Below are positions 1 to 9,027 of a stretch of DNA of 64,000 nt, in pieces (the first letter of the stretch is position 1; every line of letters begins with the position of its first letter). Source of the stretch: an uncultured Lachnospiraceae bacterium. Its GTDB lineage: Bacteria; Bacillota; Clostridia; Lachnospirales; Lachnospiraceae. Below the pieces are notes generated by a model that saw nothing but the letters and a program-made list of their open reading frames with translations, was not told the origin of the DNA and did no database searches. Location: the NCBI GenBank assembly GCA_947037115.1, contig CAMQTN010000003.1, forward strand, positions 7,091-71,090, in the 5' to 3' direction. The position numbers were made by a program, and so were the translations under genes.

Positions 1-2
1 AA

Positions 3-1706
3 AAGAGAGTATTAGCAATGCTGCTTTCCGTGACCATGGTTGCATCCATACTTGCAGGATGCGGTGGTACCGACGGAACAGCCGACAACAGTACAGCCCC
101 GGCGGATGCATCTGATGACAGTGATAGCGCATCGTCAGATGCATCTGCTGAATCTGGGGAGAAAGTAAAATTGAGTGCAGTAGCAGTGATACATCCGCTG
201 ACAAAAGATCCAGGTGAAATGCAGTGGTTACGTGAATTAGAGGAGGAAGCCAATGTAGAAATTGAATGGGAAGTGGTTAGAGCTGACTGGGATACTGTGA
301 AATCCACCAGATTTGCTGCGGGCGACATTCCGGATATTCTTCTCTGTAATGCTACCATTGATGATGATTATACGAAATACAGCGGTTTGTTTTTAGATTT
401 GACACCTTATCTGACGGAGGAGTTGACCCCGAATATTACAGCGATGTTTGCGGAAGAACCAGATACAAAGGCACTTGTAACAACGAAGGATGGTAAGATT
501 TACGGGACGCCCAAATTTCAGGGGAAATGGCCGTCAACTAATTCCGTTATGTTTATTAACCAAAAATGGTTAGACAATCTGGGATTGGATATGCCTACAA
601 CTTTTACGGAATTTAAGGATGTTTTGATGGCATTCAAGACACAGGATGCAAACGGAAACGGTGATCCGAACGATGAGATTCCTTTGGATTATAATGCATA
701 CAGCGGCGGTGGTGAAATTAATCCATGGTTCAACAGCGCATATTCCCTGACAAGTTTGATCGGAGCGCTTGGTATTCAGGTTACAAATACTGATAATTAC
801 GGATTCTTTGCAGAAGATGGTACAGTGAAGTGTTATGCTGTGGATGAAAGATATAAATTGTTCATGAAGTATATTGCTGACTTATATGCGAATGGGTTGA
901 TTAATGAAAATGCGTTGACCAATGATTATTCCACATTCCAGTCTCTGTCCAGAGGCAATGAAGCGGGAGAAGCGATTGTAGGGTGTGTACTTGGATGGGA
1001 AGAAACAGATAAATTTGGACCGGCATTGTATTCGGAATATGCTGTTGTTCCGCCGCTTGCATATGACGTGGACTGCGCAGCAGGCACCTATGACACAAGA
1101 TGGAGAAATGATTATTCGATTCTGAATATGCAGGGTAACAGGGCTTGTATCAGTGCAAGCTGTGAAAATCCCGAAGCAGCGTTACGTTTTATAGACCGTT
1201 TTTATGATCAGACGCATTCTGTAGAAGCTCTCTTTGGAGGAATTGCAGACGGATGTATTGAACAGACAGGTGATAACAGTTACAAGGTACTTGCACCTCT
1301 TGATCCTGATACGGACGCAGGTACATGGAAATGGACAAGCACATTTGCTGATTTCTCACCAATGTATATTAGAAGAGCTACAGAAATTGAGATGGCGCAG
1401 GATATGACATACGCTTTGGAAGAAAGAGCACAGGGATATGATGAAGTGATTAGTAAAGCGGGAACTTCCGATACATATCCGAATATGTTTATGAGATATA
1501 CAGAAGAAGATCAGAACATAATAGCTCTTACAAAACCGAATATCGATAACATTATTGATAATCAGTGGTCATTGTGGATGACAGGAGAGCAGGATATTGA
1601 TTCCACATGGGATGCTTATGTTGAGAACGTCAACAATGCAGGATTACCACAGATTCTTGAGATTCGTCAGGCGGCGTTTGATGAATATTTGAAAAACGTA
1701 CAGTAA
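3..1706 (+). CDS. Carbohydrate ABC transporter substrate-binding lipoprotein (LplA-like), 5' end truncated by the window
   Basis: Frame open from the window edge (KRVLAMLL...); lipobox LAGC; Ser/Asp-rich linker; INQKWLDNLGLDMPTT and DANGNGDPNDEIP motifs typical of Firmicutes oligosaccharide SBPs; permeases follow. Confidence 0.9.
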   Translation, partial: KRVLAMLLSVTMVASILAGCGGTDGTADNSTAPADASDDSDSASSDASAESGEKVKLSAVAVIHPLTKDPGEMQWLRELEEEANVEIEWEVVRADWDTVKSTRFAAGDIPDILLCNATIDDDYTKYSGLFLDLTPYLTEELTPNITAMFAEEPDTKALVTTKDGKIYGTPKFQGKWPSTNSVMFINQKWLDNLGLDMPTTFTEFKDVLMAFKTQDANGNGDPNDEIPLDYNAYSGGGEINPWFNSAYSLTSLIGALGIQVTNTDNYGFFAEDGTVKCYAVDERYKLFMKYIADLYANGLINENALTNDYSTFQSLSRGNEAGEAIVGCVLGWEETDKFGPALYSEYAVVPPLAYDVDCAAGTYDTRWRNDYSILNMQGNRACISASCENPEAALRFIDRFYDQTHSVEALFGGIADGCIEQTGDNSYKVLAPLDPDTDAGTWKWTSTFADFSPMYIRRATEIEMAQDMTYALEERAQGYDEVISKAGTSDTYPNMFMRYTEEDQNIIALTKPNIDNIIDNQWSLWMTGEQDIDSTWDAYVENVNNAGLPQILEIRQAAFDEYLKNVQ

Positions 1707-1720
1707 TCCTTAAAAGTGGG

Positions 1721-1766
1721 AAAAGTGACGGGGAGGTGCCTATGAAGTATCTCTCCGCCTACTTTT
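1721..1766 (+). terminator. Stem-loop after the SBP gene (terminator or mRNA-stabilising hairpin)
   Basis: cggggaggtgc (1729-1739) pairs with gtatctctccg (1747-1757) with G-U pairs; flanked by aaaagt/actttt. Confidence 0.55.
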
Positions 1767-1802
1767 ATGTATGAGCATAACTGAAAGTATGGAGAAAAAT
1801 AC

Positions 1803-2234
1803 ATGGAAAAGGAATTTGACTTTAGTGCGGAATGGGTGAACCATCTGTTACAGGGGTTAGAGAACGGGCACGATAAAGAATGTGCACTGAAAAATTGTGC
1901 TGATTTTCATTATCGAATGAATCAAATGGATGATGCGATTGAACCGTATATCGGAAATTTAGAAGGTTTTATCTCCTATCTTGAAAATACATATGGATGG
2001 ATTGTTACCTGTAGTGAGGATGGGGGATCGTTGTTGATTGATGAAAATAAGGATGTTTGTGTCTGTCCTATTGTAAATAAAGTAAATGGAAAAGTCTCGC
2101 CTTTATTGTGTGAATGTTCATCCTGTTATGCTAAGAAGATGTTTTCTAAGGTGTGCAGGAAAGAAGTTAGCGCGGTAGTGAAACAGTCGATTCTACGTGG
2201 TGGAAAATCATGTATATATGAAATTAAGCTCTAG
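1803..2234 (+). CDS. Cys-rich hypothetical protein (DUF6144-like, possible V4R-like metal/ligand-binding fold)
   Basis: 143 aa, GGAG RBS, 10 Cys including CVCP, CECSSCY and C-terminal SILRGGKSC. Confidence 0.7.
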   Translation: MEKEFDFSAEWVNHLLQGLENGHDKECALKNCADFHYRMNQMDDAIEPYIGNLEGFISYLENTYGWIVTCSEDGGSLLIDENKDVCVCPIVNKVNGKVSPLLCECSSCYAKKMFSKVCRKEVSAVVKQSILRGGKSCIYEIKL

Positions 2235-2285
2235 TCTGTTTTTAAGAAGTCTGTATCTTGAAAGAGATGGGAAGGAGAATGATGA

Positions 2286-3239
2286 ATGGGTAGTAAGAAT
2301 CAAACTGCTATGGCAAAGAAGAGTTTTGGATTTCGGACAAAGAAGTATTGGGAACATAACTGGCAGCTCTGGCTGATGCTTTTGCCTGCCATGCTTTACA
2401 TACTGATATTCTGCTATGTACCGATGTACGGTATACAGCTTGCTTTCCGGGAGTACAGCTTCCAAACGGGTATTACAGGCGGTAAGTGGGTTGGAATGAA
2501 ATACTTTAAGCAGTATTTTGAAAGTCCCATGTTTTTCACCACCTTGAAAAATACTTTTATTATTTCATTCTGGAGTATTGTTGTGGGATTTCCGGCGCCG
2601 ATCATTCTGGCAATGATTATCAACCAGATCCGGAACAAAAAATGGAAAAAGACGGTGCAGACTACAGTCTATATTCCGTACTTTATCTCCACAGTTGTTC
2701 TGGTATCCATGATCAATGTTATGTTTGCCAACAGCAGCGGTGTTGTGGGGAATTTTTTAAAAGCAATACATCTGGTGGCGGCAGATACCAACATTCTCGG
2801 TAAAGAATCTGCATTTGTACCGTTGTATGTTTTAACTGGCGTATGGCAGTCAATGGGATGGAACAGTATTATTTATATTGCGGCGCTTTCCTCTGTAGAT
2901 ACACAGTTGTATGATGCGTGTAAAATTGATGGGGCAAATCGTTGGCAGACAATGATTCATATTGATTTTCCGGCCATTGTGCCTACTATCATGATCCTGC
3001 TTATTATGAACATGGGTAATATTTTAAATGTAGGTTTTGATAAAGTATTTCTGATGCAGAACAGTCTGAATCTTGGTATTTCGCAGGTTATCTCCACCTA
3101 TGTTTATTCTGTGGGTGTTAAGTCGGCACAGTTCTCTTTTGGTGCTGCCGTAGGATTGTTTAATACACTGATCAACTTCGTTTTCCTTGTGGTGACAAAC
3201 TGGATTTCCAAACGTTCTACAGGAACAGGACTGATGTAA
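2286..3239 (+). CDS. Carbohydrate ABC transporter permease (LplB/YteP-like)
   Basis: Multiple TM segments; EAA-type loop LYDACKIDGANRW; GWNSIIYIAAL. Confidence 0.93.
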   Translation: MGSKNQTAMAKKSFGFRTKKYWEHNWQLWLMLLPAMLYILIFCYVPMYGIQLAFREYSFQTGITGGKWVGMKYFKQYFESPMFFTTLKNTFIISFWSIVVGFPAPIILAMIINQIRNKKWKKTVQTTVYIPYFISTVVLVSMINVMFANSSGVVGNFLKAIHLVAADTNILGKESAFVPLYVLTGVWQSMGWNSIIYIAALSSVDTQLYDACKIDGANRWQTMIHIDFPAIVPTIMILLIMNMGNILNVGFDKVFLMQNSLNLGISQVISTYVYSVGVKSAQFSFGAAVGLFNTLINFVFLVVTNWISKRSTGTGLM

Positions 3240-3251
3240 GGAGGGAATGCT

Positions 3252-4148
3252 ATGGAAAAAACAGGTCAAAGAAAAATCAGTACAGTAGATCGGATATTCG
3301 GTATTGGAGTTACAGCTTTGAGCATCTTTATTTTTATAATTATTTCGTATCCTCTGTGGTTTATTGTCATTGCGTCAATTAGTAATTCCAATCTGGTCAA
3401 TTTGGGACAGGTAACATTTTGGCCCAAGGACATCCGTTTCTATGGTTATCAGCAGATTATTGAGGATGCCAGAATCTGGAGAGGATACTTAAATACGCTT
3501 ATTTATGTGGTGGCGGGTACTGCGCTTAATATGGTGGTTACCATGCCTGCGGCTTATGCGTTGTCCAGAAGAGGATTCAAAGCGCGCAATAAAGTCATGT
3601 TTTATTTTGTATTTACCATGTTTTTCAGTGGAGGCCTTGTGCCGACTTATATGACGATCAGCGCACTGCATTTGATATCCACCAAGACAATATTGATTAT
3701 TTTTGTGGCGGTCAATACATATAATCTGATTATTGCCAGAACTTTTATCGAGACTTCGATTCCGGAGGATCTGTATGAGGCAGCGGTTTTGGACGGCTGC
3801 TCGCATTTTTCCTATTTCACGAAAGTGGTCATTCCTCTTTCCAAGGCAGTTAATTCAGTATTGATCCTGTATTATGCGGTCTTCCACTGGAATGACTATT
3901 TCAATGCACTTGTTTATAACAGCAGGCAGGAGAATGCACCTTTACAGATCGTGTTGCGTGAGATCTTACTTCTTAACCAGGCTTTTTCCAGCGGTAATGG
4001 AGGTGTACAGGGCGGTTATGGGCAGTCATCTGCAGATCAGGTTAAATATGCGGTTATCATTGTATCGACGCTTCCGATTCTGTGTGTATATCCGTTTGTG
4101 CAGAAATATTTTGAGAAAGGCGTAATGATCGGTGCGGTAAAGGGATAA
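3252..4148 (+). CDS. Carbohydrate ABC transporter permease (LplC/YtcP-like)
   Basis: EAA loop LYEAAVLDG; HWNDYF; C-terminal QKYFEKGVMIGAVKG. Confidence 0.93.
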   Translation: MEKTGQRKISTVDRIFGIGVTALSIFIFIIISYPLWFIVIASISNSNLVNLGQVTFWPKDIRFYGYQQIIEDARIWRGYLNTLIYVVAGTALNMVVTMPAAYALSRRGFKARNKVMFYFVFTMFFSGGLVPTYMTISALHLISTKTILIIFVAVNTYNLIIARTFIETSIPEDLYEAAVLDGCSHFSYFTKVVIPLSKAVNSVLILYYAVFHWNDYFNALVYNSRQENAPLQIVLREILLLNQAFSSGNGGVQGGYGQSSADQVKYAVIIVSTLPILCVYPFVQKYFEKGVMIGAVKG

Positions 4149-4227
4149 AAGTAAATTCATGTAATGTGTATATTTTATAAAAGCAGGCAGGGATTGCAGG
4201 AGAAAATGATAAGGAGTTTTATAAAAT

Positions 4228-6030
4228 ATGGAAATACTCAGAGATTTTAGTTATCAAAATGTGGAGCTGCTTGACAGTCATTGGAAAAAGCAACGTACAG
4301 AACTGATTGAGACTTATCTTGGCATTGAAAATGACGACCTGCTTCATTATTTCAGAAAGCTGGCGAATATTTCGGATGATAGAAATGGCTTAGTGGGATG
4401 GTATGGTAATAATGCCTCCACTTTCGGTCAGAAACTGGGGGCATTTGCCAAACTGTATCTGGTAACAGGGGATGAGAGGCTCAGGAAGAAAGCCTGTGCG
4501 TTGGCAGATGGCTGGGGTGAATGTGCCGCAGTGTCCAACAGAGTGGTAGATGTCAATGGTACCTATGTGTATGATAAATTAATGGGCGGTTTTTTGGATA
4601 TGCTGGAGTATCTGGATTATGAGCCGGCCCGGGAGTACATTCTGCGGTTGACGCAGAGTGCAGTGAAACGTTTCCGAAGGGATGTGAACCGGGATGGGCT
4701 GCAGACGATGGAGGAGGATATGATCGAATGGTATACCCTTCCAGAGCAGCTTTATCGCGCATGGATATTGACGGGGGAAGAATGCTATCTCAACTTTGCC
4801 AGGGAGTGGGATTATCCTTATTTCTGGGATAAGCTGAATAATCAGGATTTCACAGTGGGACCGCGTCATGCGTATAGCCATATCAACAGTCTTTCCAGTG
4901 CTGCCCGTGCTTATCAGGTGACGAAAGATGAGAGATATTTGTCTGCTATGGAGAATGCCTATGAAGAAGTGCTGGCGCATCATACATTTGCCACTGGCGG
5001 TTATGGTCCTGCGGAATGTCTTTTTCCGGACGAGGAAGGGTATCTGGGAGATTCCCTGAAGGCAAACTGGGATGAAGATAAGCGGCATGCGACTTACAGA
5101 AACTTTGGCGATTCCATACGTACCAGAGATGATAAGTGGGGAAGCTGTGAAGTGTCTTGTTGCAGCTGGGCGGTATTTAAGTTATGCAATTATCTTCTGA
5201 CTATGACGGGAGAGGCAAAATATGGTGATTGGGCGGAGAAACTTCTCTACAACGGATGTGGAGGCCAGCCGCCTATAACGAAAGACGGTAAGGTTATGTA
5301 TTATGCCGATTACTTTATCAATGGCGGTTTTAAATCTGTGGAGGACGGCAGGATGCATCCTGACGGCTGTTCTTTTGAATGGCAGTGCTGTACGGGAACC
5401 TATCCGCAGGATGTGGCAGAGTATGCTAACATGCTTTACTATTGTGGCGACGGCGGATTGTATGTGAGTCAGTATCTTGCTTCAAGAGTAAAGTTTGAGG
5501 CGGCGGGCGCAAATTATACTTTAGAGAATTGTAGTTTCTATCCCAAGGAAAAGACATTGCGTTTCAAATTGTATGGCGAGCAGAAAGGAAAATTTGCGAT
5601 CCGTTTCCGCGTACCTTCATGGGCGTGTGGGGAAAATATTGTGAGCGTTAACAGGGAACATGTTACGGTTTCAGCAAAACCAGATACATGGCTTACATTA
5701 GAGCGGGAATGGCAGGATGGGGACGAGATACAGATTCAATATGAGTTTGTGCTGCGTTTCCAGCCGATTGATAACTATGCACCGCAGATTGCCGCGCTGG
5801 TATATGGTCCGATTGTGCTTGTGTGTAATAAAATGACGTATTTTGTGGGCGACATGCAGCATCCGGAGACCTGGATTAAGCCGGTTCAAAAGGATGGTTA
5901 TTCTTATGCATTTCGTACGGAGGCAGGACATGTGGAACCATATGGGCATCTGACAAGAGAGTTTTATCCCTACTATGAAGTACCTGAGATGGAGTGGTAT
6001 TACATGTATAATAGAATTTTGACAGGGTAA
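4228..6030 (+). CDS. GH127/GH146-like glycoside hydrolase (beta-L-arabinofuranosidase family, DUF1680)
   Basis: HAYSH, CEVSCC and WQCCTGT Glu/Cys Zn-site motifs; RFRVPSWA and YGPIVL; no signal peptide. Confidence 0.8.
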   Translation: MEILRDFSYQNVELLDSHWKKQRTELIETYLGIENDDLLHYFRKLANISDDRNGLVGWYGNNASTFGQKLGAFAKLYLVTGDERLRKKACALADGWGECAAVSNRVVDVNGTYVYDKLMGGFLDMLEYLDYEPAREYILRLTQSAVKRFRRDVNRDGLQTMEEDMIEWYTLPEQLYRAWILTGEECYLNFAREWDYPYFWDKLNNQDFTVGPRHAYSHINSLSSAARAYQVTKDERYLSAMENAYEEVLAHHTFATGGYGPAECLFPDEEGYLGDSLKANWDEDKRHATYRNFGDSIRTRDDKWGSCEVSCCSWAVFKLCNYLLTMTGEAKYGDWAEKLLYNGCGGQPPITKDGKVMYYADYFINGGFKSVEDGRMHPDGCSFEWQCCTGTYPQDVAEYANMLYYCGDGGLYVSQYLASRVKFEAAGANYTLENCSFYPKEKTLRFKLYGEQKGKFAIRFRVPSWACGENIVSVNREHVTVSAKPDTWLTLEREWQDGDEIQIQYEFVLRFQPIDNYAPQIAALVYGPIVLVCNKMTYFVGDMQHPETWIKPVQKDGYSYAFRTEAGHVEPYGHLTREFYPYYEVPEMEWYYMYNRILTG

Positions 6031-6047
6031 TTGCTATTTTACGGTAC

Positions 6048-6090
6048 AGGGTGCGGCGATGAGGAAACAGACTTCATTCCGCACCCTTTC
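6048..6090 (+). terminator. Intergenic stem-loop
   Basis: agggtgcgg (6048-6056) / ccgcaccct (6079-6087) plus inner atgagg/cttcat; short T tract. Confidence 0.5.
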
Positions 6091-6206
6091 CTGTGTTGCG
6101 GAGCAATCTGAAATTTCTGCCAGAGATTGCAATTGCCAAAACGTTGAATAGAGATGCGTCATTTGATATGTTAGAAAAGGGAAATTGAGACAGGAGGAAT
6201 AAAAAT

Positions 6207-8213
6207 ATGTTACAATTTTTTGAAAAGAAAGATGGGAGTCTGATATTTCGGGAAAATGGAGAGACGGTGATGATAACTCCCTGGGGCGAGAACAGTTTTC
6301 GCGTCAGAGCGTCCTTTCTGGGTGAAATTGAGCAAGGTAACATAGCGCTTATGGAGCCTTCTTGTTTGGCGGCAGATGTCCAAATCAACGTTCACGAGCA
6401 GGATGCTTCTATTACGAATGGAAAGATACAGGCATTTCTTACGGTAAATACTTGGGGAAATGCGTTGCAGATTACTTTCCGCAATCAAAAGGGCGAATTG
6501 CTTTTGCAGGAGATTCCTAACGGTGGCGCATTGCAGAAGAAAGCACGGCATTTCAAACCGCTGCCGGGTGGCGGATATCGTCTGAAAGCCAGTTTTGTCT
6601 CTGATCCACAGGAAAAAATCTATGGTATGGGGCAGTATCAGCAGGAAACTTTTAATTTAAAGGGATGCAATCTGGAACTTGCACACAGAAACTCTCAGGC
6701 GAGTATACCATTTTATGTTTCCAGTTTGGGATATGGCTTTTTATGGCACAATGCAGCAATAGGTGAGGTACATTTTGGAAGTAATACGACAGAGTGGGTG
6801 GCGGAAGATACAAGACAGCTCGATTACTGGATCACTGCAGGCGATACTCCGGCACAGATAGAGGAGGCATATACGGCAGTGACGGGAAGAGCACCGATGA
6901 TGCCGGAGTATGGATTAGGTTTCTGGCAGTGTAAGCTTCGGTATTATAACGAGGAACAGGTATTACAGATCGCCCGTGAATATAAGAAAAGAAATATTCC
7001 TGTGGATGTGCTGGTTATCGATTATTACCACTGGCCCAGATGCGGCGACTGGCGCTTCGATGAAGAATATTTTCCGCATCCGGAAAGGATGATCCGTGAA
7101 ATACAGGATATGGGTATTAAGGTGATGGTGTCGGTCTGGCCGCAAGTAGACTGGCGGAGTGAGAATTATGAGGAGATGAAACAGCAGGGACTTCTTGTGA
7201 AGAGCAATTCTGGTATTGATGTGCAGATGATCTTCCATGGCAATAACGTTTTTATGGATGCAACCAATCCGCGTACCCGCGAATATGTGTGGGAAAAGTG
7301 TCGCAAAAACTATGCGGATCTTGGAATCCGTACTTTTTGGCTGGACGAGGCGGAGCCGGAGTTTACGACTTATGATCATGCAGATTACCGATTTCATGCG
7401 GGCCCAGTGTCGCAGATAGGCAATATCTATCCAAGGGAGTATGCGCGCCTTTTCTATGAAGGACAGAAAGCAGACGGGCAGGATGATATCGTAAACCTTA
7501 TTCGCTGTGCATGGGTAGGAAGCCAGAGATATGGTGCGCTTGTCTGGTCCGGGGATATCATGTCGAGCTATGAAGATTTCCGTAAACAGATATGTGCAGG
7601 TATTCATATGGGGTTGTGCGGTATCCCCTGGTGGACAACGGATATTGGCGGTTTTCATGGCGGTAATATACATGATGAAGGATTCAGAGAATTGCTGATT
7701 CGTTGGTTTCAGTTTGGCACTTTTTGTCCTGTGATGAGGATTCACGGATGCCGACTGCCTGGTGAAGAAATCATCAATCAGTCGGGAGAAGTGCGGGAGT
7801 GGACAGGCGCAGAAAACGAAGTGTGGAGTTACGGGGAAGAAAATTATGATATCATGTTGAAATTTATCCATATTCGTGAAATGATGCGCGATTATACAAG
7901 GAACATTATGAAGGAAGCCCATGAGACGGGAGCTCCGGTCATGCGGGCTCTCTTTTACGAGTTCCCTGAAGATGGGGTATGCTGGGAAATTAAAGATGCG
8001 TATATGTTCGGTTCGGATATTTTGGTGGCGCCGATCTGTTATGAGAAGGCGGCAAAACGTATGGTATATCTTCCGGTAGGAGCGTCTTTCGTACATGCGG
8101 GGAGCGGCAGGTGGTACGAAGGCGGTAAATGGTATGAAATAGAGGCAGATATCCATACAATACCTATTTTCCTCAAAGAAGGACGACAGGAGTATTTAAT
8201 TGGAAAAATTTAA
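6207..8213 (+). CDS. GH31 glycoside hydrolase (alpha-xylosidase/alpha-glucosidase, XylS-like)
   Basis: GFWQCKLRY, WLDEAEPE (nucleophile Asp), WSGDI (acid/base Asp), TTDIGGF, PVMRALFYEFPED. Confidence 0.92.
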   Translation: MLQFFEKKDGSLIFRENGETVMITPWGENSFRVRASFLGEIEQGNIALMEPSCLAADVQINVHEQDASITNGKIQAFLTVNTWGNALQITFRNQKGELLLQEIPNGGALQKKARHFKPLPGGGYRLKASFVSDPQEKIYGMGQYQQETFNLKGCNLELAHRNSQASIPFYVSSLGYGFLWHNAAIGEVHFGSNTTEWVAEDTRQLDYWITAGDTPAQIEEAYTAVTGRAPMMPEYGLGFWQCKLRYYNEEQVLQIAREYKKRNIPVDVLVIDYYHWPRCGDWRFDEEYFPHPERMIREIQDMGIKVMVSVWPQVDWRSENYEEMKQQGLLVKSNSGIDVQMIFHGNNVFMDATNPRTREYVWEKCRKNYADLGIRTFWLDEAEPEFTTYDHADYRFHAGPVSQIGNIYPREYARLFYEGQKADGQDDIVNLIRCAWVGSQRYGALVWSGDIMSSYEDFRKQICAGIHMGLCGIPWWTTDIGGFHGGNIHDEGFRELLIRWFQFGTFCPVMRIHGCRLPGEEIINQSGEVREWTGAENEVWSYGEENYDIMLKFIHIREMMRDYTRNIMKEAHETGAPVMRALFYEFPEDGVCWEIKDAYMFGSDILVAPICYEKAAKRMVYLPVGASFVHAGSGRWYEGGKWYEIEADIHTIPIFLKEGRQEYLIGKI

Positions 8214-8232
8214 CCGGTAGAGGTGATACAAT

Positions 8233-9009
8233 ATGATCGGTATTGTCATGGAATTTCAAATACAGGAGCTTCAAATATCCGGCATGGACTGCCGTCTATA
8301 TTTGCCCTCGGATTATGATGAAGGGACAAAACATTATCCTACAATCTATGTGAATGGAGAAATCCCGATTGAGGAAATATTGACTGAGTTGGTCGAAAAT
8401 GGCGGGCAGACAGATTTTCTTCTTCTTTCCGTCAAACCGTCAAGCTGGAACGACGATTTTACTCCATGGACGGCGGCTGCTTTTCGAAAAGGGGAGGAAG
8501 CGCCAGCCGGAAGGGCGGACGATTATCTGTCCTGTCTGGTAAAGGAGATCAAACCCTATATGGATACCTGTTATCGGACGAAGCCGGAGCCGGAGCACAC
8601 GGCTTTGTCCGGGTATTCTCTGGGCGGGCTTACCGCAGTTTACGCCCTTTACAAAACGGATGTATTCGGCAGTATCGCCAGCCTTTCAGGCTCACTTTGG
8701 TTTGATGGATTCTGCGATTTTATGGAACGGGAAAAGCCGCTTCGAAGAGACCTGCAGGTGTATCTGTCTCTCGGGAAAAAGGAGAGCCGCAGCAAAAATC
8801 CGCGGATGGGAATGGTGGCGGCGTGTACGGAGCGTGCGTCGGAAATTTTGCACAGACAGCTTGAAGCAGCGGGCGCTCATGCAGAAGGGATGGATGAACG
8901 GACGGGAGAGGTATATTTCGAGTGGAACGAAGGGGGACATTTTCATGATATCGAAGGACGGTTTGTGAAAGCAATCACATGGTGGACACAAAATATGCGG
9001 GAGACCTGA
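8233..9009 (+). CDS. Alpha/beta-hydrolase esterase
   Basis: GYSLGG nucleophile elbow; SGSLWF; C-terminal GGHF. Confidence 0.85.
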   Translation: MIGIVMEFQIQELQISGMDCRLYLPSDYDEGTKHYPTIYVNGEIPIEEILTELVENGGQTDFLLLSVKPSSWNDDFTPWTAAAFRKGEEAPAGRADDYLSCLVKEIKPYMDTCYRTKPEPEHTALSGYSLGGLTAVYALYKTDVFGSIASLSGSLWFDGFCDFMEREKPLRRDLQVYLSLGKKESRSKNPRMGMVAACTERASEILHRQLEAAGAHAEGMDERTGEVYFEWNEGGHFHDIEGRFVKAITWWTQNMRET

Positions 9010-9022
9010 CTGATCTCCCGCA
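8996..9022. terminator. Hairpin between convergent genes
   Basis: Perfect 9-bp inverted repeat tgcgggaga / tctcccgca where the esterase and amylosucrase genes converge. Confidence 0.6.
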
Positions 9023-9027
9023 AGTTT

